Source: a virus
Lineage: Duplodnaviria; Caudoviricetes
Reading direction: 5' to 3' (one strand)
Length of the DNA: 50,740 bases
IMG/VR virus record: IMGVR_UViG_3300048853_000111
Coordinates: 1 to 50,740 of that record
The translations under genes were made by a program, and so were the position numbers. This document shows positions 1-8,321 of this stretch, one piece after another. The notes beneath the pieces were generated by a model. It saw only the letters and a program-made list of their open reading frames with translations. It had not been told where the DNA came from and did not search any database. Each line of letters opens with the position of its first letter. Positions within the stretch are counted from its first letter, which is position 1.

Positions 1-852
1 ATGGGGGCACCAATGACGACGGAATACGATCGGCGGAAAGGGTTGAGTTTCAGGCAAGCTGAAGGCATCGATGAATTGCCGCAACAGATGCGGTCTGACG
101 AGCTTCCGCTCTCGACCCGCAATGCCTTGTGGGCGCTCATTTACGCGTCCGCAAAAGACAAAAGCGGCTATGAAGTTGCAAATCAAGAATGGAAAACGCT
201 TCTCACAGTTATGTATGTCAGCTTTTTCAATATGCCCCTCGATGAGTTTTCTGTGTCGGACGCGCTTGATAAGGTTAAGTCGACGCTATTTGATGGAGCG
301 TACTACGACTGTTATGAGCTGATTCAGTGGATTGCCCGTTACGAACCGGCTCCCCACCGAACCGTTGATTCATTTCAGACCGTATTGGAAAAAAGTCGCG
401 CCGGTTTCAGATTTGTCAATCGCGATACCCTCGTACCGATGACATCGGAGCAAGAGCGCCGCACCCTAGAGGCTGCTTTCGAAGACCTCTCTGGCGCTAA
501 AATGACTGGCGCTCTCTCCCACCTTCGGACGTCTGCCTCTCATCTGACGCACGGTCGCTATGCCGATTCCGTTAGAGAGAGCATTCATGTCGTGGAATCG
601 GTCGCCCGGGCCATTGTCGGTAATGAGACCTCCCTGGATCGAGCACTTATGAACCTCGAAAAGAGGAAGTCCATCCATCCGGCAATGAAGAGAGGCTTTG
701 GTGCGCTCTACGGTTACACCAATGATCATCAGGGAATAAGACACCCCCTAGTTGATGATCCGGTTGCAAACGTTGATGAAGCAGATGCACTTTTTATGAT
801 TGGGGCTTGCGCCGCCTTCGCGAGCTACCTGATTCAAAAATCCATCAGCTAG
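1..852 (+). CDS. AbiJ-like protein (AbiJ N-terminal domain plus HEPN-like C-terminus), candidate abortive infection cargo
   Basis: N-terminal LSFRQAEG...RNALW pattern and C-terminal LYGYTNDHQGIRH resemble AbiJ-NTD/HEPN proteins; visibly lower GC; convergent with the late operon. Confidence 0.65.
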   Translation: MGAPMTTEYDRRKGLSFRQAEGIDELPQQMRSDELPLSTRNALWALIYASAKDKSGYEVANQEWKTLLTVMYVSFFNMPLDEFSVSDALDKVKSTLFDGAYYDCYELIQWIARYEPAPHRTVDSFQTVLEKSRAGFRFVNRDTLVPMTSEQERRTLEAAFEDLSGAKMTGALSHLRTSASHLTHGRYADSVRESIHVVESVARAIVGNETSLDRALMNLEKRKSIHPAMKRGFGALYGYTNDHQGIRHPLVDDPVANVDEADALFMIGACAAFASYLIQKSIS

Positions 853-861
853 GACCGCCTG

Positions 862-1266
862 CTAAAGGGCTGAGGCGGCGAGACTAGCGCGGCGGTCATC
901 TTGACTTGCTCCGCGCGCCTCGAATGCGATGAGGAAAGCATCGTTGCAGATCCGGTGCCAAAGGTGAGACATGCCCGTCTCCGGGTCGGCCGCCTCACCA
1001 TCCCACCAGGCGAGTCCATGGCGTTCGCCCGCATCGAAGGGCCGGCTCCATGCCATTCCCTTCTCCCAGTTACGCTCGCCATACTTGTTGGCCCCATAGG
1101 CCAGCACGGAAGCCAGCGCGATGATTGCTTCGGGAGGGATCAGATCCAAGCGTAGCGCCGCCCGCTCGGCAGCGTCCGCAGGGAGCGCGCGAGCAAGTTG
1201 CTCGAGGAAAGCACGCGGCAAGCGGTGAAGCGGCGCCTTGCCCTGGTCATCTTTTCGTCCTTCCAT
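862..1266 (-). CDS. dATP/dGTP diphosphohydrolase domain protein (DUF5664-like)
   Basis: GRKDDQGK, LIPPEA, YGANKYGERNWEKG, DPETGMSHLWH motifs; ATG at 1266 overlaps the upstream stop (TGATG). Confidence 0.85.
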   Translation of the reverse strand: MEGRKDDQGKAPLHRLPRAFLEQLARALPADAAERAALRLDLIPPEAIIALASVLAYGANKYGERNWEKGMAWSRPFDAGERHGLAWWDGEAADPETGMSHLWHRICNDAFLIAFEARGASQDDRRASLAASAL

Positions 1267-2498
1267 CACGCCCTCCCCATCTCGGCCGGGATGCGCACGC
1301 GTGGCAGCGGCGGGATGGCCGGCTCCTCGAGCTGGATCTCGACGCGCTCGCGCAGCTTCCATCGCTCGTGCAGCAGGAAGAGCCATTGCATCGGCGGCTC
1401 GAGGCTGGCGCGGAGGCCATTGCCATATTCGGTGTAGCCGGGCACCGAGCCGTTGCTCAGCACGTTCCCCGGATTGGCCGAGGTGTGGTAGTGCCCGTGC
1501 AGGATGAGGTCGGGGCGCCGCCCTGCCCTCGCCTGTTGCGCCTCCACCTTCTTCGTGCCGCGCACGATCGGCGCGAGCGGGCCGATGAAGCCCTGGCCGC
1601 CGCCTGTCCCCATGCCGTCGCCGTGGTTGACGAAGACGGTATGGCCGAGCACCGGCACGACGGCGTCGCGCGAGGCGCCGATCTGGAACGTGACGCGCTT
1701 GTCGCCCTCGAAACGGTCGGCGATCATCGAGGCCGCGAGCGTGTCATAGGAGGCGCGCGCATAGAGCTTCGCCGTCGGCTTCACCGTCACCCGGCCATGG
1801 TTGCCCGGCACCGAGACCACATGCACGCGGCCGAACGTCTCGCGCAGGTGGCGGATGCCGGCCGTGACCTCCTCGACGACAAAGCGCACCTGTTCATGGG
1901 CCGTCAGGCCATTGGTGATGCGCAGCTCCTCGTGAATGTCGCCTGAGACGAGATCGCCGCCGAGCGTGAGCAGGACGCCCTGATTGGCGCAATCGACGAT
2001 CCATCGCGGCCCGATCTCGCAGGCCGCCGCGAAGAGGCGCCGCAGCCGCCGCCGGCAGATCTCGATATCGAAGGAATTGAGGCCGAGGATCTCGTCGGCG
2101 CTCACCACCTCCCCCGCATGCACGTCGGAGAGCAGAAGCCCGATCACCGACCGGCTACGCTTGCCGGACGACGGCGCGAGCAACCACGCGGGCGGCTGCA
2201 CCGGCTGGCCGCGCATGCCGGCAAGCTGCTCGGCGAGCAGCTCCACCTTGGCGAGATCACGCGCCAGGCTGAGCGAGCGCCGGCGGTAGAAGGCCGAGTC
2301 GTGCTGCTCGCGGCGCTGCACCTCCGGCGGCTTCTCCGCCGCCTGCGCCAGCATCTTGCGCGCGATGCGACGGGCCGAGCGCTCACCGACGCCCATGGCA
2401 CGGGCGGCCGCATGGGGCTTTTCGCCCGCACCGATGCGCCGGCGCAATTCGTCTTCCTGCGCCGCCGAGAGGCGGACGCCACGAGGTTGCTTGTTCAA
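1266..2498 (-). CDS. Calcineurin-like metallophosphoesterase with N-terminal HTH-like region
   Basis: Five motifs SDVH, GGD, PGNHG, NHGD, GHYH; N-terminal PHAAARAMGVGERSARRIA resembles an HTH. Confidence 0.85.
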   Translation of the reverse strand: MNKQPRGVRLSAAQEDELRRRIGAGEKPHAAARAMGVGERSARRIARKMLAQAAEKPPEVQRREQHDSAFYRRRSLSLARDLAKVELLAEQLAGMRGQPVQPPAWLLAPSSGKRSRSVIGLLLSDVHAGEVVSADEILGLNSFDIEICRRRLRRLFAAACEIGPRWIVDCANQGVLLTLGGDLVSGDIHEELRITNGLTAHEQVRFVVEEVTAGIRHLRETFGRVHVVSVPGNHGRVTVKPTAKLYARASYDTLAASMIADRFEGDKRVTFQIGASRDAVVPVLGHTVFVNHGDGMGTGGGQGFIGPLAPIVRGTKKVEAQQARAGRRPDLILHGHYHTSANPGNVLSNGSVPGYTEYGNGLRASLEPPMQWLFLLHERWKLRERVEIQLEEPAIPPLPRVRIPAEMGRA

Positions 2499-2510
2499 GG
2501 GATTGCTCCG

Positions 2511-2834
2511 TTATGACGACCGCTGGCGGCTCAAGGCCGCCTCGAGAGCGCGGTCGATGCGCCCGCCCAAAGCTTCGATGGCCGCGGCCATGCGCGCTTC
2601 CGATGCGACGAGCCGCTTCTCGACGCGGGTCACGGCTTCGCTCGAGACGAAGGTTCTGGCCGCCTCAAGCTTGTCCGCCGCGATCTGCCCGTTCAGCATG
2701 TCGACGCGCCTGTGCAGGTGGTGGATGGCGCGCCGGTTGTCCTGCCAGACCCAGGCGACAGGCGCGGCGACGGTGGCGAGGATCCCGGCAAGCATCGCGA
2801 TCTCCGACCACTCGACTGTCGGACCAATGCCCAT
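2511..2834 (-). CDS. Single-TM lysis-region protein (holin/antiholin-like or hypothetical)
   Basis: N-terminal hydrophobic helix followed by a coiled-coil-like stretch; coupled to the upstream lipoprotein gene. Confidence 0.6.
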   Translation of the reverse strand: MGIGPTVEWSEIAMLAGILATVAAPVAWVWQDNRRAIHHLHRRVDMLNGQIAADKLEAARTFVSSEAVTRVEKRLVASEARMAAAIEALGGRIDRALEAALSRQRSS

Positions 2835-3073
2835 CAGCGCGACATCCCCTGCCAGCCGCAGAGATATTGCCCGGTGCCGTTGTGGCCGGCCTTCTGCACC
2901 TGCGTGCGGGCGGGATCGCCGGCGACGGGCTCCATGGGATTGGCAACGTCGCAGAAGGCCACGCGCTTGCGTGCCGCCTCAGGGGTAGCGACAGGCGCCG
3001 GGATCAGCTTGCTGCTCGCACACCCGGCGAGCGGCATCGCGAGCAGCGTCGCGAGCACGGCGAGTTTCTTCAT
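2834..3073 (-). CDS. Lipoprotein, o-spanin (Rz1)-like
   Basis: Signal peptide with LAGC lipobox; overlaps the 3' end of the i-spanin-like gene. Confidence 0.7.
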   Translation of the reverse strand: MKKLAVLATLLAMPLAGCASSKLIPAPVATPEAARKRVAFCDVANPMEPVAGDPARTQVQKAGHNGTGQYLCGWQGMSR

Positions 3074-3251
3074 CGATCATGCCTTCCGAGTTCGTGATTT
3101 GCTTCTGGATCTCGACGAGCGCGGCGGCATGGCCGCGGTCATAGGCCCGGTCATTGATCGACCAGGCCGCGAGCCCGAGGACGACGAGGGCGCCGCCGGC
3201 GAGCGCCAGGCGCCAATTGGCGAGGATGGCGGCGAGCGCTACCCCAATCAC
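2979..3251 (-). CDS. i-spanin (Rz)-like membrane protein
   Basis: N-terminal TM helix then helical region; directly follows the endolysin (4-nt overlap). Confidence 0.65.
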   Translation of the reverse strand: MIGVALAAILANWRLALAGGALVVLGLAAWSINDRAYDRGHAAALVEIQKQITNSEGMIDEETRRARDAARDAARRVCEQQADPGACRYP

Positions 3252-4060
3252 GTCTTCGCCTCCCCGTGGCTATGCCGTGTCATGGTGACGACCAGGCCGG
3301 CGACGGCGCCGACGAGCGCGAGCCCGATGAGCAGGTTGCGGATGGTGGCAACATCGGCAAAGGGCGAGAGCTGCTGTGTGACCGACGCCGCGGCACCGGC
3401 GACGGCCGCAGCCGCCGTTCCGACCTTGATCTTGCCCTCAGTGCTCGCCGTGACCTTGGTATCGGCCGGCCGGGCCTTCTTCTCCATGCCGGAAAGGAAG
3501 GTGACAGCGCCGAATTGCTGATCGGCACGGGCGAGCTTGATCGCATTGGCGCGAACCTGCTCGACGCGGGTCTCCCAACCGTTGCCGTAGCGTTTCCACG
3601 TCGAGAGGCCCTTCATGAAGGCCAGGCGCTGATCGCATTGCGCGTTGATCAGCGCCTCCTCATCCCGGCCGGCGGCCGCCTCGACAGCGGCGAGCGTCTG
3701 CGCCCCGATGATGCCGTCGGCCGTCACATCGATCGCGCGCTGCAGCCATTTGGCCGACTGCGCGGTGCCGGAGTTCACGCCGCCGTCGAAGGCGACATAG
3801 TCGGTTCCGGCCGGCAACTGATCGCAGTGCAGCACGTCCCAATAGGCGCGCTTGTAGATGGCAATCGCCTTTTCCTTGGTCAGGCCGGCGATGTCCTCTT
3901 TCGGGAAGGCCGCGGCCGAGATGCCGTATTTCGTGCCCCTCAGCTTGCCTTTGCCGACCTTGCCGCCGGTCCAGTTGCCGGGGTCCTTGCTGTCCATCGA
4001 GAGGCCGCCCTCGTGCATGAACAGCCAGCCGATGATGAGATCGAAATTCGCGGCGGCCAT
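3248..4060 (-). CDS. Endolysin, glycoside hydrolase family 108 with peptidoglycan-binding domain and hydrophobic C-terminus
   Basis: HEGG, DPGNWT, TKYGIS, FDGGVNSG, DGIIG, YGNGW..RV motifs. Confidence 0.92.
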   Translation of the reverse strand: MAAANFDLIIGWLFMHEGGLSMDSKDPGNWTGGKVGKGKLRGTKYGISAAAFPKEDIAGLTKEKAIAIYKRAYWDVLHCDQLPAGTDYVAFDGGVNSGTAQSAKWLQRAIDVTADGIIGAQTLAAVEAAAGRDEEALINAQCDQRLAFMKGLSTWKRYGNGWETRVEQVRANAIKLARADQQFGAVTFLSGMEKKARPADTKVTASTEGKIKVGTAAAAVAGAAASVTQQLSPFADVATIRNLLIGLALVGAVAGLVVTMTRHSHGEAKT

Positions 4061-4134
4061 TACTGGTCACCCCGCGTGGTCGTGGACGCGCAAGCGTCCG
4101 CTGCCGCGCGGAACGCGGCCCGGTTCAACGGCAT
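4060..4134 (-). pseudogene. Truncated endolysin 5' relic, copy 1 (MPLNRAAFRAAA...), stop overlapping the GH108 start
   Basis: 24-aa ORF with GGAGA RBS; TAATG overlap at 4060; similar to copy 2. Confidence 0.55.
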
Positions 4135-4149
4135 AGCGATGTCTCCAAG

Positions 4150-4171
4150 AAAAAGCCGCCGGAGGGGCGGC
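4150..4171 (-). terminator. Intrinsic terminator upstream of the lysis cassette
   Basis: Minus strand GCCGCC-loop-GGCGGC followed by TTTTT. Confidence 0.65.
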
Positions 4172-4421
4172 CGAACTATTCAGCTAGCATTCATCTAGGG
4201 CGGGCCAACGTTCGGCCGCCCTACCCCCAGGGCAGGCCCCGGCCGTGCCAAAGCCTTGCCCCCCAGGGTCGGCACCGCCGGGGCCACTCGCGTCAACTAT
4301 TGTGATTTGACGGCAAGCTTAAGCGGGAGAATTCTGCTTGCGGGGCGGTATGGGGAACGCTCTGCGCTCCCGGATCGGCCGTCTCGGCTTCCCCCGAGAA
4401 CCACTGATCCGGGAGCGGCGC

Positions 4422-4532
4422 CTAAAGCAGAGCCGCAGCCCGAAAGAAGCCGTCGACATTCTGCTGCTTGAGCCTGCCGCCAAAGGGCGTCGTGCGGGCT
4501 GCCGCGTAGAACGCGGCCCGGTTTAAAGGCAT
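4422..4532 (-). pseudogene. Truncated endolysin 5' relic, copy 2 (MPLNRAAFYAAARTTPFGGRLKQQNVDGF...)
   Basis: 36-aa ORF resembling the N-terminus of GH19/chitinase-like phage lysozymes, as recalled from family knowledge. Confidence 0.55.
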
Positions 4533-4547
4533 AGCGATGTCTCAACG

Positions 4548-4572
4548 AAAAAAGCCGCCGATTGTGGCGGCT
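4548..4572 (-). terminator. Intrinsic terminator
   Basis: Minus strand AAGCCGCC-loop-GGCGGCTTTTTT. Confidence 0.65.
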
Positions 4573-4635
4573 TGTGCTGTGATACTTGCAGAACCTGCAC
4601 GGGGCCCCTATTGCTCAGGCTATGGGGGTACGCTG

Positions 4636-6099
4636 ATGCTCAGATCGCTCTTTTCGTCGCTTCGCGGCCAGCCGAAATCATCGGAATTCGCAGACCTCCC
4701 TGCCGACCTCCGAGCGTTCATTTCGCAATTCGGCGGAGATGTCAGCCTGAGCATCGGGCCGAGGTCCATGGTCGCCCCCTCTCCAACCCAGGCCGCCTTC
4801 ATCGGCCGGTCGCCGGAAGAAGGACGCGATTTTATAAATGTGCTTGGCGGTGTGCTGCCGAGGGGCAGTCAGCATCCATTCAAAATCGTCAGCTTCTTTA
4901 CCGAGGACAATGAGTACGCTGAGCATGCCGAACGCCTGAAAGCCTCGCTAGAGGCGTTGAACCTCCCGCATGAAATTGTCGCGTTCCGCAGCGACCCGGC
5001 CTGGGAGCTGACTTGTGCAAAAAAGGCCCGATTCGTTCGGGACCAGTGGCATGCATCAGACGTTCCAATCGTTTGGCTCGACGCCGATGCCACCGTCGAG
5101 CAGTACCCAACACTGTTCGGAGCAATTGACGCCGATTTCGCAGTACATAAATGGAACGGCTGGCAGCTCGGGTCTGGCACTGTCTATTTCGGCAGGAGCA
5201 ATCTCGCGAGAGACCTCATAGACCAGTGGGTAATTCGCTCCACGGCCGATCCGGCAACGTGGGATCAAGTCCATCTCGAGTCCGCGTGGTGCGATATCAG
5301 CGCCAAGGCACCTCTCCGCACCGTTTGGCTACCGCGATCATATTTGCAAATTTTTGATGCTTCGACCCAAGGCCTAGAGTCCGTTATCAAACATTGGCAG
5401 GCATCGCGTAAGCCCAAAGCCGAGGGGCGCACCACCGGCAGGGGCATGCCGAATATCACGGGGGCAGGGGTCCGAGACCGCCACAACAACCATCTCTGGC
5501 GGAGCGCCGAGGAGGCCTTCTGGATCAACGAGGGGACAGCCCACATCAAGCCAGAGATCGGGTACGAATTCCCTGAGGGGTTCGATGTTTCAATCCCCTT
5601 GCGTCATGCAATCGGGGACCGTTTCCCGGTGCTCGAAATCGGCTGCGGTGTGGGACGGATCGCCTCCCTATTCTCACCTCAGGAGTACCTCGGGGTCGAC
5701 ATCAACCCCACAGCAATCAGCGCGGCCAGGGCGGCCCTGCCACAGCACGATCTCCGCATCTGGGACACGGGGCATCGCTACCCGGAGGCTCCAACCGCCT
5801 TTTTCTACACGGTTCTTCTCCACGTATCTGACCAGATTTTGCCAGACCTCCTGCGCGAGGCATCGCAAGGGCGGGAACGCTTCATCATCGCAGAAGTGAT
5901 GGACAGTCGCTGGCGCCGAGACGGCGACCCTCCGGTGTTCAACCGCAACCCCGAGGAGTATATTCTAGCTATGCAGGATATCGGTTTCCGTCTCGTCTCG
6001 GCAGGAAAGAGGCCTTACGCCCGGTACGACTGCGAGCCCTTTAACATCGGCCGGGACAGCCGACTAACTATTCTGGCATTCGACCGCCCCCCTGCTTAG
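4636..6099 (+). CDS. Fusion of GT-A nucleotide-diphospho-sugar transferase and class I SAM methyltransferase (moron)
   Basis: IVWLDADA (DxD), GSGTVYF and WDQ in the N-half; VLEIGCGVGR and YLGVDIN in the C-half; antisense to flanking genes; start set at ATG 4636 after GGGGG. Confidence 0.8.
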   Translation: MLRSLFSSLRGQPKSSEFADLPADLRAFISQFGGDVSLSIGPRSMVAPSPTQAAFIGRSPEEGRDFINVLGGVLPRGSQHPFKIVSFFTEDNEYAEHAERLKASLEALNLPHEIVAFRSDPAWELTCAKKARFVRDQWHASDVPIVWLDADATVEQYPTLFGAIDADFAVHKWNGWQLGSGTVYFGRSNLARDLIDQWVIRSTADPATWDQVHLESAWCDISAKAPLRTVWLPRSYLQIFDASTQGLESVIKHWQASRKPKAEGRTTGRGMPNITGAGVRDRHNNHLWRSAEEAFWINEGTAHIKPEIGYEFPEGFDVSIPLRHAIGDRFPVLEIGCGVGRIASLFSPQEYLGVDINPTAISAARAALPQHDLRIWDTGHRYPEAPTAFFYTVLLHVSDQILPDLLREASQGRERFIIAEVMDSRWRRDGDPPVFNRNPEEYILAMQDIGFRLVSAGKRPYARYDCEPFNIGRDSRLTILAFDRPPA

Positions 6100-6102
6100 G
6101 CT

Positions 6103-6360
6103 TTATGTCTCCGCCGTCGCTTGCTGATCAACAAGCGGCTTCAGCGTGCCAGTGGTGAAGCCGGCGAGCACAATATCCTCCTTTGTCCCAGTGATCGTGC
6201 CGCCCTCGGCCATGATTCGTTGAATCTCTTTGGTGGCGAGATCGTCTATGGCAATGCGGGCTCGTTCTTTTGCAATGTTAAGTACCCACTCTTGGGGATC
6301 TATCGCGACAGCCGAAAGAGCTTTGCTCGCTACGTCCGACATGGAGATAGTATAGTCCAT
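6103..6360 (-). CDS. Small tail-fibre-associated protein (chaperone-like)
   Basis: Directly follows the tail fibre and shares the lower GC of its C-terminal domain. Confidence 0.6.
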   Translation of the reverse strand: MDYTISMSDVASKALSAVAIDPQEWVLNIAKERARIAIDDLATKEIQRIMAEGGTITGTKEDIVLAGFTTGTLKPLVDQQATAET

Positions 6361-6370
6361 TGATCTATCC

Positions 6371-7576
6371 TTATCCTATAAGATGACCACCGAAGTACGT
6401 TCTGACTGCCTGGAATACTATGGCACCACTTGTGCCTGTGAGGGCACCCCAGAGCTCTACGTAGTCTCCGGGCTGAAGCTGGATGACGATGCTAATCGGA
6501 GTCATGCCATAGACAATTCCGTGTTCGGCCCGAACCATAAGCACTTGCGAGCCGTTTTTGTAGAACATCGAATCTACAGTTCCGGCATTAGCCGTACCCC
6601 CGGCTGACTCAACATTACCAGTGAAGAGATAAGCGCCCGCAACAGGGGCCGTAAACCGCGCCCCATTATAGTAGTTTCCGCGGTTGAGTGAAATATTGTT
6701 ACAACTCACGAGAAAGGCGCCGTTCCCCCGCGTCACATCTGCTGAAAGATTGGCGAAGAAGGCTGGTTGGCTGGGCACGAGTAGCCGGCCCGACGAGTCC
6801 GCCTGAATCCCTCCCAGCCCCAGATTGGCGCGCGCTACGGCCTTGTCGGCCAGATCCGAGAGATTGTTTGCCGCGAGCAGCGCGCCATTGGCGTCGAGGA
6901 CAGCCGCGCCCCACTGGCCATTGTGATAGATCCGAAGCCCGCTCGCGGTGTTGTCGTAGAAGTCGCCTTCCTGCGAAGGCGTGCCGTCCGGCCGCGTCGC
7001 CGGGTCTGCGGCCAGAGGGCCGTAGTATATGTCGCGGAAGTCGGCTAGGGCGCCAGTCGCCGTGGTGGCAGCTCCGGTCGCCGTGCTTGCCGCCCCGGTC
7101 GCGGTCGTCGCTGCACCCGTGGCGGTCGTCGCTGCCGTCTCTGCCGCCGTCTTGTCCACCGCAACCTGCTGAGTGTCGGCATCGATCTCGGCCATGATGG
7201 CTTCGAGCTGCGCGAGAAAGGCATCGATGTCGTCCGGAATGCCGCGCAGCTTTGTCAGATATTCCGCCAATCGCCGGCCATAGTTCCGCGGGTCGACATA
7301 GGAATTGTTGCGGTAAACCGCATAGGCCGTCGCATCCGCACTCTCGCCGGCCCATGGCGCCGCGAGCGTCAGCTCCGTATCGGAAACCCTGTTCAACACC
7401 AAACCCATATTGCCACCGACGAAGAGCACATCGCCCTTATCGATGGCCGTTTGCCAGATCGTAAACTGACCAGTCACCGTGACGGAGCCATTCGTGACGG
7501 TGCAGGTCGTGTTGAAGCCGGAACCGGGGATATTAGTGCCGGTGTAATAGGGATAGACGAGCTGTTCGGACGGCAT
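6371..7576 (-). CDS. Tail fibre / receptor-binding protein with C-terminal C1q-like domain
   Basis: Thr/Ala heptad repeats, NNLSDLADKAVARANLGL fibre motif, PAFFA...FTAPVAGAYLF...LQPGDYVEL...FGGHLI C1q-like signature. Confidence 0.85.
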   Translation of the reverse strand: MPSEQLVYPYYTGTNIPGSGFNTTCTVTNGSVTVTGQFTIWQTAIDKGDVLFVGGNMGLVLNRVSDTELTLAAPWAGESADATAYAVYRNNSYVDPRNYGRRLAEYLTKLRGIPDDIDAFLAQLEAIMAEIDADTQQVAVDKTAAETAATTATGAATTATGAASTATGAATTATGALADFRDIYYGPLAADPATRPDGTPSQEGDFYDNTASGLRIYHNGQWGAAVLDANGALLAANNLSDLADKAVARANLGLGGIQADSSGRLLVPSQPAFFANLSADVTRGNGAFLVSCNNISLNRGNYYNGARFTAPVAGAYLFTGNVESAGGTANAGTVDSMFYKNGSQVLMVRAEHGIVYGMTPISIVIQLQPGDYVELWGALTGTSGAIVFQAVRTYFGGHLIG

Positions 7577-7578
7577 GG

Positions 7579-7926
7579 TCAGACGACCCCCTCGCGATCG
7601 AGCACCGCTTTGACCGCGGCAATGTCCTTGGCGGCGCGCACGGCGAGCTTCGCCTGCACGCGCTTCAGCTTGCGCTGGTAGACGCCCTGCGCCTGGTCGC
7701 GCACCTGAGCGGCGAGATCGGCCGGCTTCAGGCGGCGCGCCTTCGCCTCGGCTGCGAATTCTGGCAGCGGCTCCTGCCCGTCGAGCACGCGCTGGGCCTG
7801 CGCGAGGGTCACGGCGTCTTCACCGGCCAGGCTTTCCGGCCGGTCGGCGGCATAGGCACGGTCGATGGCGGCCTCGGCCGATGCCTTGAAGGCGGCAAGA
7901 TCGGGCGCGATGACGACGGTTCTCAT
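7579..7926 (-). CDS. Tail-associated hypothetical protein
   Basis: Start reassigned to ATG 7926 (MRTVVIAPD), overlapping the upstream stop. Confidence 0.7.
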   Translation of the reverse strand: MRTVVIAPDLAAFKASAEAAIDRAYAADRPESLAGEDAVTLAQAQRVLDGQEPLPEFAAEAKARRLKPADLAAQVRDQAQGVYQRKLKRVQAKLAVRAAKDIAAVKAVLDREGVV

Positions 7927-8321
7927 GGCGTCACCTCCAGCAGGAAATTGGCGTCGCGCTCCGGCCAATGCTCCACGGTGACCGTGTAGAGGCCGACCAA
8001 GGGAAAGGTGAGCGCGACGGGCTCGCCATCGCTCTCGATGCTCGCCTGCACAGGACCGGTGATTGTGACCGCAGCGCCTGCCGGCGCGCCCGTGAGTGTC
8101 AGGCCGCTGCCGGCCGGCACCTTGGCCGCTGACAGCACCGCCGGGCTCTCCGGTCGCCGCACGAGCTGGCCGTCCTTCAGATAGAAGCGGCGCGAATCCG
8201 TGCTGAGCACCACGCAGGGCTGGCCGCGCTTCTCGTAATCCGCCAGCAGGGCCGTGGCGTCGTCGGCATTGGCGACATGGACGATGCGGCCGGTCGCGTC
8301 GCCCGCGATCAGAATATCCAT
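7923..8321 (-). CDS. Tail-associated hypothetical protein
   Basis: Tightly packed in the tail operon. Confidence 0.7.
   Translation of the reverse strand: MDILIAGDATGRIVHVANADDATALLADYEKRGQPCVVLSTDSRRFYLKDGQLVRRPESPAVLSAAKVPAGSGLTLTGAPAGAAVTITGPVQASIESDGEPVALTFPLVGLYTVTVEHWPERDANFLLEVTP

Larger units (their letters stand above)
4101..4560. repeat. Imperfect ~60-bp direct repeat (4101-4161 and 4499-4560)
   Basis: ctgccgcg..gaacgcggcccggtt.aa.ggcatagcgatgtctc...gaaaaagccgccg occurs twice. Confidence 0.9.

Noticed and set aside
6371-7576. Diversity-generating retroelement or invertible tail fibre switch
   Set aside because: No reverse transcriptase, template repeat or invertase seen
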